DNA of 64,000 nt from Candidatus Omnitrophota bacterium (GCA_015232565.1 JADFZK010000004.1:11907-75906), one strand, 5' to 3'. Shown: positions 37,801 to 40,743, counted from the first letter of the stretch. Notes: a model not told the origin generated them from the sequence alone. Program-made: numbers and translations.

Positions 37801-40743
37801 ATTAACATCACTCCAATTTATGCCGCTTACGGAAAGCGACTCTATCTCAGTCCAGTTAATACCTTCCAGGGTTAGACGGCCCAGATCAGTCCAATTGATA
37901 CCGGATGAAGACAGAGTACCGATATCATTCCAGTTTATGCCCTGGATTGATAAAACATCAATATCCAGCCAATTCACTCCTGCGGTAGTCAGCGCTTGGA
38001 TATCCTGCCAGTTAACACCGGTTTTGGATAAAGAATTAAGGTCGTCCCAATTTATACCCTGCAAAGATAATTGCTCAATATCCGTCCAATTAATACCAGT
38101 TGCCGACAAAGCGCCAATGTCCTGCCAATTTACACCGGTAGAACTGATGACCGAGATGTTATCCCAGTTCACCCCGGCCCCGGCCAAATAAGCTACGTCA
38201 GTCCAATTAATAGTTTCTACCGACAACCGGGATATATCCGACCAGTTAACTCCGGAGGCACTCAACACGCCAATATCGGTCCAGTTAATACCCAGATCAG
38301 TCAACGCTCCAATGTCGGTCCAATTGACGCCAGTAAGGCTCATGCTGGAAAGATCATCCCAATTTACACCGGACGCCCCCAGCAGGCCCACATCCATCCA
38401 GTTAATGCCCGCATCGGACAAAACCTGGATATTGTCCCAGTTAATGCCTTTAGTAGAGAGGGCATTAATATCTGACCAGTTAACCTCAGAGGCCGACATT
38501 TGCGAAATATCATTCCAATTAACACCGCTTAGCGATAAAGTTTCCAAATCTGTCCAATTTATCCCCGATGCGCTTAATGCTCCGATATCGAACCAGTTCA
38601 CTCCATTAGAGGACATGGCCCCAATGTCCAGCCAATTTACGCCCGTCGCGCTTAAGGCGCCGATATCGCTCCAATTAATACCCGTCAAAGACAAGGATTG
38701 CACATCCTGCCAGTTTATATTGGAGAGAGCCATAACTGAAATGTCAGTCCAGTTAACAGCTGACTGAGATAAGGTTTGGATATCGGTCCAGTTGATGCCC
38801 GAATCGCTCAAGGCTTCCAGGTCAGTCCAGTTCACACCCGCAACGCTTAACGCGTTAATGTCTGTCCAGTTAATGCCCGATTGCGCTAACGAGGAAATGT
38901 CCGTCCAATTGATCCCTGAATTGGTCAAGGAGTTCACATTCTCCCAGTTAACCCCAGAGACCGACAAAGTATCCAGATCCGACCAGTTAACACCCGAGGC
39001 ACTCAACACTCCTATATCCGTCCAGTTAACCCCGGCGGCCGTGAACAACTGCATGTCCGACCAATTGATCCCCAGCTCGCTGAACACACTTATATCGTCC
39101 CAGTTTATGCCGGCGATGGTCATGGTCTCGATGTCATACCAGTTCAACCCGCGATCCGACATTACAGTAAGGTCTTCCCAGTTTATGCTGGCGGTGGTCA
39201 GTACTGCCAGATTATCCCAGTTGACCCGGTCGGGCCAGTTAACACCCGCCCCGGTCATGATAGCCAGGTCGACCCAGTTCACTTCGCTGGAAGTAAGCAG
39301 ATCGAGCTCGGTCCAATTAACCCCGGTATCACTCAATGACGCAATGTCAGCCCAATTAATGCCGATCTCGGACAAACTTGAAATATCGTACCAGTTGATC
39401 GCCAGGTTCGACATAACGCCCATGTCCGACCAGTTAATGCCGGTCTCGGTCAAGGAAACCACATCGTCCCAATTGATCCCCACCAGAGTCATGGCGTAAA
39501 GGTCATCCCAATTGATACCGGCATTCGCCATTTTGCTGAAAGTACCGGCCTGCGTGATAACCTCGATGTCGCCCCAATTAATATCCTTGCCCGCTATTCG
39601 GTCAGTAACAGCCCTGATCGCCCCCACCCCGCTTACCAGCACTTCAATGTCCATCCAGTTAACGCCGTCACTGGCCGACAAAATTTCTTTGGCATCTTCC
39701 CAGTTGATCCTGGTGTCAGACAACACGCCGATATCTTCCCAGTTAACCACGGAAAGATCGGCAACATTTGGCTTGACAAGATCCAGAGGAGCATACGTGC
39801 TGTAAGTGCCGGAAGGAATCTCGCCGGGATAAACGCTGGGGTCAGTGATAAGTTGCTTGATGTCAATAACTAAATTGATAAAATATGAATTTTTGTAATT
39901 CGGCGGATTCCAAATTCCGCGCGCAGTACCATCATAACTGTAGATCTTCTGGTCGGCATTAAGCGCGGGCGCAAACCAATCCTTGCCGGCGTCGGGAGTT
40001 AAGGTGAAACTGGACTGTATCGCCGGAGCGGCCGAAGTGGACGCCGCCACCGTAGCCATGTAGATCGTAGCGTCGCAAGTATCCGCAATTTCAATGTTCT
40101 TACGCTGGCCATCGCTTTCCAGCCAGGCGTAGAACAAATAAGCTTTCACATTGTTATCCCACACCGCGGCGAATTTCGGGCCGGTGCCCTGAAACACATC
40201 AAACGGCTGGGAGGTGGCGCCGGTCAAAGTGCCCGCCGTAGCGTTGAGGGTATACATCTCACCGCCGGTCGTGATCTGCAGGTCCGTGAAACGCGCCACA
40301 CCGTTGACCGCAGTAACCTTCACCGTGCCCCGCAGTCCGGCGTTACCCGGGTTGTTAGCGATAGCAATGGTCACCAGGGTAGCGCTGTCACTGGTAACCA
40401 CATTGTTGCTGGCATCGAGAATAGCGACCGCCGGCTGTCTGGAAAAAGGGATTAAAGTTTTTGAGCTGGAGGGAGACGTGATAAAAGCCAGGTGAGTGGC
40501 CTCGCCATGCTTAACGGAGCCCGAACCGGAATTGGCGCTGAACTTGCCGCTATCCTTACCACCGGTATAATTTGGCTCGATGTCCGCGACTGCCGCCCCA
40601 TTGGTTGGTCCACCGGAGAACTGGGCAAAAGCAGAAGCCGCGACGATATTAGATATTATTAAACTAATAATAAATAATATGACGCAGCGGCTGATGGAAG
40701 AAATGGAGTTTTTGATTTTAGCTATTTTCATCCCAGGGATCAA
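7855..40743 (-). CDS. Giant secreted repeat protein (10,962 aa): signal peptide, Ig-like domain, ~800 13-aa NW repeats, C-terminal coiled-coil region
   Basis: Uninterrupted 32.9-kb ORF. Sec-type signal peptide ending ASAFA; true start may be ATG 40731. Repeat consensus G[IV]NWxD[ILV]xx[LM][ST]xx with synonymous codon variation between units, as expected for a coding repeat. Confidence 0.95.
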   Translation of the reverse strand: MIPGMKIAKIKNSISSISRCVILFIISLIISNIVAASAFAQFSGGPTNGAAVADIEPNYTGGKDSGKFSANSGSGSVKHGEATHLAFITSPSSSKTLIPFSRQPAVAILDASNNVVTSDSATLVTIAIANNPGNAGLRGTVKVTAVNGVARFTDLQITTGGEMYTLNATAGTLTGATSQPFDVFQGTGPKFAAVWDNNVKAYLFYAWLESDGQRKNIEIADTCDATIYMATVAASTSAAPAIQSSFTLTPDAGKDWFAPALNADQKIYSYDGTARGIWNPPNYKNSYFINLVIDIKQLITDPSVYPGEIPSGTYSTYAPLDLVKPNVADLSVVNWEDIGVLSDTRINWEDAKEILSASDGVNWMDIEVLVSGVGAIRAVTDRIAGKDINWGDIEVITQAGTFSKMANAGINWDDLYAMTLVGINWDDVVSLTETGINWSDMGVMSNLAINWYDISSLSEIGINWADIASLSDTGVNWTELDLLTSSEVNWVDLAIMTGAGVNWPDRVNWDNLAVLTTASINWEDLTVMSDRGLNWYDIETMTIAGINWDDISVFSELGINWSDMQLFTAAGVNWTDIGVLSASGVNWSDLDTLSVSGVNWENVNSLTNSGINWTDISSLAQSGINWTDINALSVAGVNWTDLEALSDSGINWTDIQTLSQSAVNWTDISVMALSNINWQDVQSLSLTGINWSDIGALSATGVNWLDIGAMSSNGVNWFDIGALSASGINWTDLETLSLSGVNWNDISQMSASEVNWSDINALSTKGINWDNIQVLSDAGINWMDVGLLGASGVNWDDLSSMSLTGVNWTDIGALTDLGINWTDIGVLSASGVNWSDISRLSVETINWTDVAYLAGAGVNWDNISVISSTGVNWQDIGALSATGINWTDIEQLSLQGINWDDLNSLSKTGVNWQDIQALTTAGVNWLDIDVLSIQGINWNDIGTLSSSGINWTDLGRLTLEGINWTEIESLSVSGINWSDVNTMSLQGINWLDIGSLSEAGVNWSDISLMAASNINWGDINSLSYSNVNWTDLGSLSVAGINWTDIVSLSQEGVNWIDIGVISSTGINWTDIGRVTSEGINWTDINTLTASGINWESLGVLSLTGVNWTDVETLSASGVNWSDIGVLSANGINWLDIGAMSDASVNWTDIEAISVAGINWGDIDLLSRTGINWNDIVSLSTNGINWSDVDILSRSGINWGNITVMADSGINWSDVNALSTSGINWIDVGLVSDSGVNWTDISALTMAGVNWDDIGALSLKGINWNDVVVLSQAGVNWDEVGTIAATGINWIDLQALSLSGVNWTDIDRLSMSGINWTDVENVSISGINWTDIAALSATGVNWQDIDQMSQAGINWTDVSVLTATGVNWSDIDVFTNSNINWLDLASLSATGVNWSNMQTMTAAGINWTDLGDLSVAGVNWTEIETLSSSAINWTDIGALTIAGINWEDVTTLSKTGINWSDINVMSASGVNWTDVASLTAAGVNWNDLDVISETGINWLDLGTLTNQGVNWLDIQTISDSGVNWTNIELLSVSGINWTDINTFASANINWTDIAALSESNINWTDLNVLSLASVNWQDLSALSSMGVNWNDLASLSAVGVNWIDLGSMSAQGINWTDVAALSVTGVNWVDINRLSTEGINWADVGRLSETGVNWTDIESLSVSNINWTDIETLSVNGVNWSDLAVLSTTNINWDDILGISTQGINWADINALTNAGINWNDVELLSSTGVNWTDLERLSMNGINWTDIGDMTVIGVNWVDIQSLSMAGVNWTDVATFSVSGLNWADIQTLSNSAINWEDFSRLSNVGVNWQDLTALTDAGINWTDIGALSATGVNWEDIGSLSQSGVNWIDLGAMSDSGVNWTDIQALSYAGVNWSDLNAVTLAGVNWTDLAAFSQTGINWSDINTLSAAGINWVDLGALSATGINWTDIGKLSATGVNWEDIGALSQTGINWTDLQTITSSGINWTDIETFTVAGVNWTDVSLLSESGINWSDLNTLSLAGVNWDNVTTLTTAGVNWSDINIFTNAGINWTDVSALSAAGLNWNDVQALTLSGVNWLDVGSLSQSGVNWIDLGSLADSGVNWTDLQTLTSSSVNWSDLNVMSLATINWTDISALTAAGVNWTDVNALTTANVNWLDIEAVTKTGVNWVDIGAMTLAGVNWLDVENLTLSGINWQDIDQMSRTGVNWSDLNYMSNVGVNWSDLNIMNSLGINWNDLSTMTNVGVNWENIGEVSQSGINWTDIESLTVAGINWIDVQSLTLQGVNWSDIETMTRIGVNWTDIETLSRTGVNWADVQSFTSTGINWQDLQSMTMTGVNWTDLQSMTVMGVNWVDLETLSVSGVNWVDVETMSVAGVNWDNVTALSVAGVNWMDVDTLSKAGVNWIDFGSLTNAGVNWSDLGSLSLSGVNWTDISTLAATGVNWTDVGVISETGVNWTDIQMLTVAGVNWSDIDTLSKTGVNWQDIAVLGNAGVNWVDIEALSLSGVNWTDVENLSLTGINWLDIDQMSRTGVNWSDLNYMSNVGVNWSDLNIMNSLGINWNDLSTMTNVGVNWENIGTVSQSGINWIDVETLTLSGINWTDVQSLTMQGVNWTDIESLTESGINWLDVETLSGTGVNWFDIQALSFSGINWQDVQSLTVTGVNWTDIGSLSLAGVNWTDIGALSDVGVNWTDISSLSVSGINWTDIQAISTQGINWSDIDSLTRIGINWTDIGALSATGVNWEDIGSLSQSGVNWIDLGAMSDSGVNWTDIQALSYAGVNWSDLNAVTLAGVNWTDLAAFSQTGINWSDINTLSAAGINWVDLGALSATGINWTDIGKLSATGVNWEDIGALSQTGINWTDLQTITSSGINWTDIETFTVAGVNWTDVSLLSESGINWSDLNTLSLAGVNWDNVTTLTTAGVNWSDINIFTNAGINWTDVSALSAAGLNWNDVQALTLSGVNWLDVGSLSQSGVNWIDLGSLADSGVNWTDLQTLTSSSVNWSDLNVMSLATINWTDISALTAAGVNWTDVNALTTANVNWLDIEAVTKTGVNWVDIGAMTLAGVNWLDVENLTLSGINWQDIDQMSRTGVNWSDLNYMSNVGVNWSDLNIMNSLGINWNDLSTMTNVGVNWENIGEVSQSGINWTDIESLTVAGINWIDVQSLTLQGVNWSDIETMTRIGVNWTDIETLSRTGVNWADVQSFTSTGINWQDLQSMTMTGVNWTDLQSMTVMGVNWVDLETLSLSGVNWVDVETISTVGVNWTDVQSLTEAGVNWSDVETLSKTGINWLDIGILGNTGVNWTDIGALSLSGVNWTDIGNLSVSGVNWTDIQSLSDSAVNWSDLNSLSLSGVNWTDIAALSLNGVNWSDLATLSDAGVNWQDVSSLASAGINWIDLQTITATGVNWQDLGVLSQTGINWLDLGTLSAVGINWTDVDAVTAAGINWTDLAALSLTGVNWSDLNVLTEAGINWQDLDTLTRSGVNWADINSFSNAGINWIDIETLTKSGVNWTDVNALSISMVNWNDLSVMSLNSINWVDLGSLTAQGINWSDLDTLTSVGINWLDIETLSRSSVNWQDLASMTALSVNWQDITALTQSGINWTDLDSSSKAGVNWQDIAVLTDAGINWIDLQTLSTNGINWTDIENLSLTGINWSDLDQLSKNGVNWSDISVMSTIGVNWNDLSLMSNNGVNWTNIESLTLSGVNWTDIESLSTQAINWVDIQALSDSAINWGDLSILSNSSINWQDIAALSATGINWSDVDVLSKTTLNWQDIGAMSTSGINWLSIESMSNNGINWIDIGALSGNGVNWTDIASLSLTGINWSDFGVLGNSSINWVDIETLSTAGVNWNDLSILTDAGVNWNDISVLTTSGVNWTDISLLASTGVNWSDLNVISTAGLNWNNLSEMTTVGINWIDVGAMSLTGINWIDLGTFSQSGVNWADIEMLSKEGVNWSDVTVFSNTGINWADFEVISKKGINWLDIETISTTGINWIDIGVLTTQGVNWLDIDVLSNQGVNWQDIEQISLSGVNWSDIETISVAGINWIDIGTMSVNGVNWSDISTLTQAGVNWNDIQSLTKTNINWDDIQTLSSTGVNWFDVALMSLVGINWTDIQVLSAKGVNWDDIQTMSDMGINWTDIETLSRTAINWSDIGSLSETGVNWTDIGSLTQSGINWSNIETMTVSGINWTNFDAMSVSGINWTDIATLSIAGANWDDITTMSTANVNWSDISQISTQGINWMDVSALSMTGLNWEDINTFSRTGINWTDIGVLSATGVNWADVDVLAKSGINWQDIDVLFKTGINWTDIETLSTTGVNWQDIDTLSKTNVNWNDIDLMSRSGVNWSDLNYMSNIGVNWSDLNVMNSLGVNWNDLSVMTTAGVNWHDVSSLSLAGVNWNDVAVLSETTVNWSDLDLMASAGVNWDNFSVMTAVGVNWTDFAQLTADGVNWNDIALLSDSGVNWSDIDSITNTGINWTDLSTLSNTGINWTDIETLSTTGVNWTDIETVSITGINWQDIDTLTKVGVNWSDIERLSTTGINWQDIGRLSATGINWTDIGSLSLTGLNWTDIEALSVTGVNWTDIGRLSETGVNWTDIGTLSNTGINWTDIDLLTKTGVNWTDIESMSQSGVNWSDLNYMSNIGVNWADLNVMNSIGVNWNDLSVMTTSGVNWQDVNTLTTIGVNWTDVAVLSLTAVNWTDVNSLTTAGVNWDSFSVMTAVGVNWTDFAQMTINGVNWMDVAVLSDNGINWLDIDVLTNKGINWTDVEALSLTGINWTDIGALSVTGINWLDIDVISETGVNWSDLGVLSNVGINWQDIDVLAKTGVNWNDIDVISRSGINWTDVEHLASTGINWTDIELLTKTGVNWSDLNTITTIGINWQDIDTLTKTGVNWSDVESISKTGINWQDLGLVSTTGINWTDIGSASLTGINWTDFETLSVTGINWTDIGRLSETGVNWTDIGTLSNTGINWTDIDLLTKTGVNWADIDVMSQAGVNWSDLNYMSNIGVNWSDLNVMNSLGVNWNDLSVMTNAGVNWQDITTLSNIGVNWTDVETITDSNINWTDITALTAAGLNWNDLQTLTISGINWDDITSMTEAGVNWSELQNFTNSGVNWSNLDSMTNAGVNWESFGSMTSANVNWTDVGELTLAGVNWLDVSVISSLGVNWTDIDVISKTGINWQDIDVLAKTGVNWNDIDVISRSGINWTDVEQLSITGINWTDIDLLTKTGVNWSDLNLITTTGINWQDIDTLTKTGVNWSDVESISKTGINWQDLGLVSTTGINWTDIGSASLTGINWTDFETLSVTGINWTDIGRLSETGVNWTDIGTLSNTGINWTDIDLLTKTGVNWADIDVMSQAGVNWSDLNYMSNIGVNWSDLNIMNSIGVNWNDLSVMTTSGVNWQDVNTLTTIGVNWTDVAALSLTAVNWSDVNSLTTAGVNWDSFSVMTAVGVNWTDFAQMTINGVNWMDVAVLSDNGINWLDIDVLTNKGINWTDVEALSMTGINWTDIGSLSVTGINWLDIGSISATGVNWSDIGVLSNTGINWQDIDVLAKTGVNWNDIEVISRSGINWTDVEQISATGINWTDIDLLTKTGVNWSDLNVVTTNGINWQDIDTLTKTGVNWSDVEIISKTGINWQDLGQISTTGINWTDIGSASLTGINWTDLETLSVTGINWTDIGRLSETGVNWTDIGTLSNTGINWTDIDLLAKTGVNWTDIESMSQSGVNWSDLNYMSNIGVNWSDLNIMNSIGVNWNDLSVMTTSGVNWQDVNTLTTIGVNWTDVAALSLTAVNWSDVNSLTTAGVNWDSFSVMTAVGVNWTDFAQMTINGVNWMDVAVLSDNGINWLDIDVLTNKGINWTDVEALSMTGINWTDIGFLSVTGINWLDIGSISATGVNWSDIGVLSNTGINWQDIDVLAKTGVNWNDIDVISRSGINWTDVEQLAITGINWTDIDLLTKTGVNWSDLNTITTTGINWQDIDTLTKTGVNWSDVEIISKTGINWQDLGQISTTGINWADIGSASLTGINWTDFESLSVTGINWTDIGRLSETGINWTDLGTVSNTSINWSDIELITKTGINWTDINTLTTSGVNWTDIETLTMTGINWTDIETLSKTGVNWSDIDVFSRSSLNWADVEVLTRTGINWSDIGVLGSTGINWQDIDTITKTGINWTDIGALTNTGINWTDIDQLTKTGVNWTDIDAMSQAGVNWSDLNYMSNIGVNWSDLNVMNGLGVNWNDLSVMTNSGVNWQDMGILTDVGVNWTDIATLSASAVNWSDLDVLSTSTINWDNFSLMTTSGVNWTDFAQMTVDGVNWTDIGSLTASGINWSDINDLTNKGINWTDIGAMSLTGVNWTDIEAVSLTGINWTDIGRLSETGVNWTDIGVLSITGINWQDIDTLAKTGINWADIDVISRSEINWTDVGQVTNTGINWTDIELLTRTGINWTDINTLTTSGVNWTDIETLTMTGINWTDIETLSKTGVNWSDIDVFSRSSLNWADVEVLTRTGINWSDIGVLGSTGINWQDIDTITKTGINWTDIESLTHSGVNWIDIETLSSSAVNWADLELLSTSTLNWDNFSLMTTSGVNWTDFAQMSVDGVNWTDIGTLTESGINWSDVNDLTNKGINWTDIGAMSLTGVNWSDISEVTLTGINWTDIGRLSETGINWTDVGVLSTTGINWQDIDILAKSGMNWADIELLTKSSINWTDVAGLTDSGINWTDIQSLTNVGINWADFEILSVTGVNWDDLNSLSDSAINWTDVASLTMTGVNWSDIGSLSLTNINWADIGVLSTTGMNWSDIDVLARSAINWSDIETLSRSGINWSDVEQISTTGVNWTDIDLLTKSGVNWTDINVLTSAGVNWTDISALSLTGLNWTDIQSLSTTAINWQDIETLSVTGINWTDIQSLSATGINWSDIGVLTTLGVNWADIDLMSESSVNWADMSVLTNSAINWTDLDTLTTSGINWSDISQMSSVGVNWIDLETLSVTGVNWTDISTLSSSAINWTDLNTLSMSGINWTDIESLTSSTINWTDISSLTQSGLNWTDLETLAQSGINWTDIQTLSATGINWADVDTLSKTGINWQDIQTLAATGVNWADIDVMAKTGINWTDILTVTTTGINWQDIEQLTTTGINWTDVGAISQTGINWTDIGSLSLTGINWVDIGTISETGVNWSDIAIMSDRGINWTDIALLSESTVNWSDLNVLTTAEVNWASFSAMTNASVNWTDFAQMTLDGVNWTDLASLSDTGVNWQDFNQLTMSSVNWTDVGALSTTGINWTDMNTLFAEGINWSDVGVMSNVGLNWQDIARLSDSGINWTDVERLSVEGINWTDIGAISAQGINWSDIESLSVVGINWLDIEKISTTGINWTDLESLGKTGVNWTDLETMSKIGVNWTDINSLSVAGINWVDIETVSLTGINWSDIGSMSTIGLNWQDIAELSKTGINWSDINTLSTQGVNWTDIERISLSGINWTDINTLTTQGINWTDVERLSVQGINWLDIDALSRQGINWTDIEQLTVAGLNWEDIRTISLTGINWTDIGNMSLTGVNWSDIGTLSSSGINWLDIQTLTDQGINWADIETISRQGINWTDIESLSVTGLNWTDIQQLTSSGVNWTDWSVFSTLGVNWTDLATLSHSVINWADVQTMSAVAVNWDDLTVLTTRGVNWDDVGVISGTGVNWSDIQTLSDQGINWQDIETLSRQGVNWTDVETLTTTGLNWTDIGLLSVTGVNWEDLNTLSRTGLNWSDIDVLAKQGINWQDLETLSRSSINWSDVQTISNQGINWIDIQALSTNGINWIDLALLSDSGVNWTDLNTLTSSAVNWADFEVLTHQGVNWQDIETLTNIGINWTDIQSLTMDGINWSDIGAMSLTGINWLDIETISRQGINWSDIETVSKQGVNWLDIEKLSTTGINWQDLQQLSVTGINWTDIQSLSSTGLNWSDLNVMSIEGINWTDIEQLSLTGMNWSDLDVISRQGINWTDVEQISRQGINWSDIETISTSGINWTDLNTLSLSGVNWTDIEQISRTGINWTDIETLTKQGVNWTDIETLSTQNINWADIQLLSDSGVNWHDLSIMSLSTINWQDFAQVSSTGVNWADMAVMSNIAINWQDINTMTTTGVNWADIDTISKQGINWQDIERLSTNGINWEDIQRLTVTGLNWDDIKALTVTGINWTDVQTISETGVNWTDIAQLSTTGINWTELQTVSLTGVNWTDIGALGLSGINWTDLSSMSTSTINWLDWASLTNEGINWTDLETISQQAINWTDLQTASNIGLNWADIQTLTTSGINWQDIDVLAKSGVNWTDIETISQTGINWTDIQTIATTGINWSDLDVISKQNINWQDIETLSKQGINWIDVQTLTNVGVNWTDIEQLTKDGVNWEDISLMSATGVNWSDLNYMSSIGVNWSDLNVMNSLGINWTDLSVMTNVGTNWADLSVITNNAINWTDFESMTVTGINWSDIASMHASGINWTDLSTLSSTGINWTDLETMTVAGLNWTDLNTLADSAINWADISILSRSTVNWADIETLSNEGLNWADIETISAQGINWSDIETLSLAGVNWTDIQTLTETGVNWTDINILSNKGINWTDIETASLAGVNWTDIDSLSQTGINWTDIEVISKQSINWTDYETLSKQGLNWTDVELLSKQGVNWTDIESLTKQSVNWSDLEVITKQGINWQDIERLTYTGVNWEDIQQLSVSGLNWTDIGSLSVTGVNWTDIEQLSKTGVNWTDLNSFTTAGINWTDLDLFSRSAINWTDISALSLNGLNWNDIELISKTGINWTDIQTISESGVNWADIDVLSETGINWTDIQTISESGINWSDLNILSGAAINWTDMSAMSNQAINWIDLSAMTTQSINWTDMQTLTVQGINWTDIEAISRTGVNWADIQTLSLTGINWTDLDTISKSGINWTDILTLSTSSINWTDIEALSDNGVNWTDIETLSQTGINWIDLNSLTVSGLNWTDIEKLTLSGINWTDIQTLSSTGVNWADLEIMSNVGTNWQDISTISNSGINWIDVEALGKTGINWTDVQTLTQSGINWTDVNTATLSGINWQDIKELSVTGINWQDIGSLTNQGINWTDVEQISKTGINWTDIESLSTEGVNWTDIETITKTGINWTDLERMTLTGVNWTDIQTLTETGINWSDIDVLSNKGINWTDVQTLSSSGVNWADISVMSDIGVNWTDIAAMTDTAINWTDMNTLSSSGVNWTDIQSLSNTGINWTDIDQLSLSGVNWTDIQTITQSGVNWTDLESFSKSAINWQDWAVLTTTAINWQDMNTLTMSGINWTDLDQMSISGVNWTDISTLGNSGINWSDLDIMSNRGINWTDIETLSTSTINWTDLARISTETINWTDLSLMSNSAINWTDINVLSNKGINWLDIEQISTTGINWTDLQTLSASGINWTDISSMSEIGVNWTDIQTLSQTGVNWSDLNYLSTIGINWTDIAQLSSSSVNWTDIETISKQGINWTDLETISSSGINWYDLAAESLSGINWTDIDSMSDSAINWTDLAVFFNTGVNWTDIQSLTLQGVNWLDVESLSKTGVNWSDLSVMNDAGINWADLAQLTGSAINWTDVNTLSDSGVNWTDLASLTGSAINWTDLNILSTSRINWTDIESLSDSGINWTDVEVLHNAGVNWSDFERMTDLGVNWADVAVLSASGLNWSDMQRMTTDSINWEDLAVMTTRAINWSDLGVSTNSSINWLDIEKMTDQGVNWTDIETLSASGINWTDIERLSLSQLNWQDLAVLGNSQLNWTDISTLGNSGINWTDISSLSASGINWTDLDIMSDSGVNWSDWQSMTNMGINWNDIASMSAQGVNWTGLDVLASSAVNWDDMAVLTTRAINWQDLNTMTTTGVNWESLGIMTTAGVNWDDFVVMTELGVNWDSLDVMTKTEINWQDMSVMSNNAVNWMDLSTMSRSGMNWTDLSQMAIAGINWTDLDSMSMSGVNWSDLDVLSNSGVNWTDFSSMSISSVNWTDINSLSTSGINWQDIDQLSKTSINWTDLDILSDSGVNWTDLARMSDTAINWTDLAMMGTSTINWTDISSLSLSTVNWSDISVMAQTGVNWDDLAVLAQTGVNWSDLDIMTNAGVNWMDLEKLSVNAVNWDDLTVLTSSTVNWLNFSELTGSGINWTDIGSMSLTAVNWTDIDQLTRSGVNWSSIDFMTNAGVNWTDIGALSDSSINWTDLQTLTDTGVNWTDLQTMTISNVNWEDLSLLTATGVNWSDMESLSLTGINWTDMNSLTNSGVNWESIGAMTAAGVNWTDMAALTTNGVNWTDLGIFSQSNVNWTDIETMTLAAVNWADMAQLSETGVNWADMMSMSNNGINWTDFGTLSNSSINWQDINTLSFSEINWTDIASMSTAGANWDSLGSMSNAGINWTDMQVLTDNAINWTDFSALTQSSINWESFSGMTNSGINWTDFEVFTESGVNWDDLQTLSQSTINWQDMSELTNNGVNWTDLMMMSDSGINWTDMSTMSLTDINWAAIQNMSAQGVNWASLGFLSEAQVNWEGLSDLSSVNINWDSLSSMSGTGVNWSGIAEMSTTNINWEDMMLMSDSGLNWMDISQMTNDGINWESIAVMSDVGINWNDIVQISESHINWEDIFTMSTTGLNWLDIGDLSLAGINWTEIDNLSRKGLNWDGIAQMTDASVNWDSLAYMTGAGINWEDMNSFLETGINWDDWMTMTNSSVNWNDMAKMTSGAINWEDMGIVGAADIDWADMGTMTRAGINWGEMATFSKANVNWDDITNMSTSTINWTALSTFSNDAPTLITNMQHVFDVVGSVDDAAGTDTLLGKINNITDAMGTKSFKSILQLLGTDSDKAESKTIFGDIKNIQTLLGVAQADTDITVFKQLARMQASAGAALASAMGINDDLGVNGQSPTIYEKLEEFSQYVQEMKQSAEGISGQGAGAGAGGFAQEVVGMLTKILEEQAKLAGLENTGLLVENLTKQQAKDMDRVNAKLEEIDAKIRALQEAMKVDDIVVKTWFESEE
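21240..26950 (-). repeat. 1092-bp (28-unit, 364-aa) higher-order repeat region inside the giant gene
   Basis: Near-identical blocks offset by 1092 bp (21241/22333, about 23280/24372, about 24745/25837). Antisense shadow ORFs end at 23644, 24736, 25828 and 26920. Confidence 0.85.
31088..32574 (-). repeat. ~1.49-kb near-identical direct repeat, copy 1
   Basis: Matches 33740-35226 at offset 2652 (68 x 39); shadow ORFs are identical in both copies (31148/33800, 31634/34286, 32300/34952). Confidence 0.9.
33740..35226 (-). repeat. ~1.49-kb near-identical direct repeat, copy 2
   Basis: Matches 31088-32574. Confidence 0.9.

Larger units (their letters stand above)
8545..39750 (-). repeat. 39-bp (13-aa) tandem coding repeat array, about 800 units
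   Basis: Trp codons (cca on + strand) at 8563, 14998, 21238, 30598 and 39217 are exact multiples of 39 apart (39217-8563 = 786 x 39). About 12 further, partly irregular units extend to 39741. Confidence 0.97.

Noticed and set aside
8545-39750. 39-bp periodicity suggesting a CRISPR array or non-coding satellite
   Set aside because: No invariant direct repeat plus unique spacer; variation follows codon positions in one open frame; no cas genes
8545-39750. Ice-nucleation, RTX, pentapeptide or leucine-rich repeat identity
   Set aside because: The 13-aa period and G[IV]NWxD consensus do not match AGYGSTxT, GGxGxDxL, A[DN]Lxx or LxxLxLxxN patterns
8336-39805. Dozens of plus-strand ORFs with SVQLIP/SDQLTP repeats, up to 487 aa
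   Set aside because: Antisense shadows of the GINWTD repeat codons; fragmentary, and fully explained by the minus-strand giant ORF
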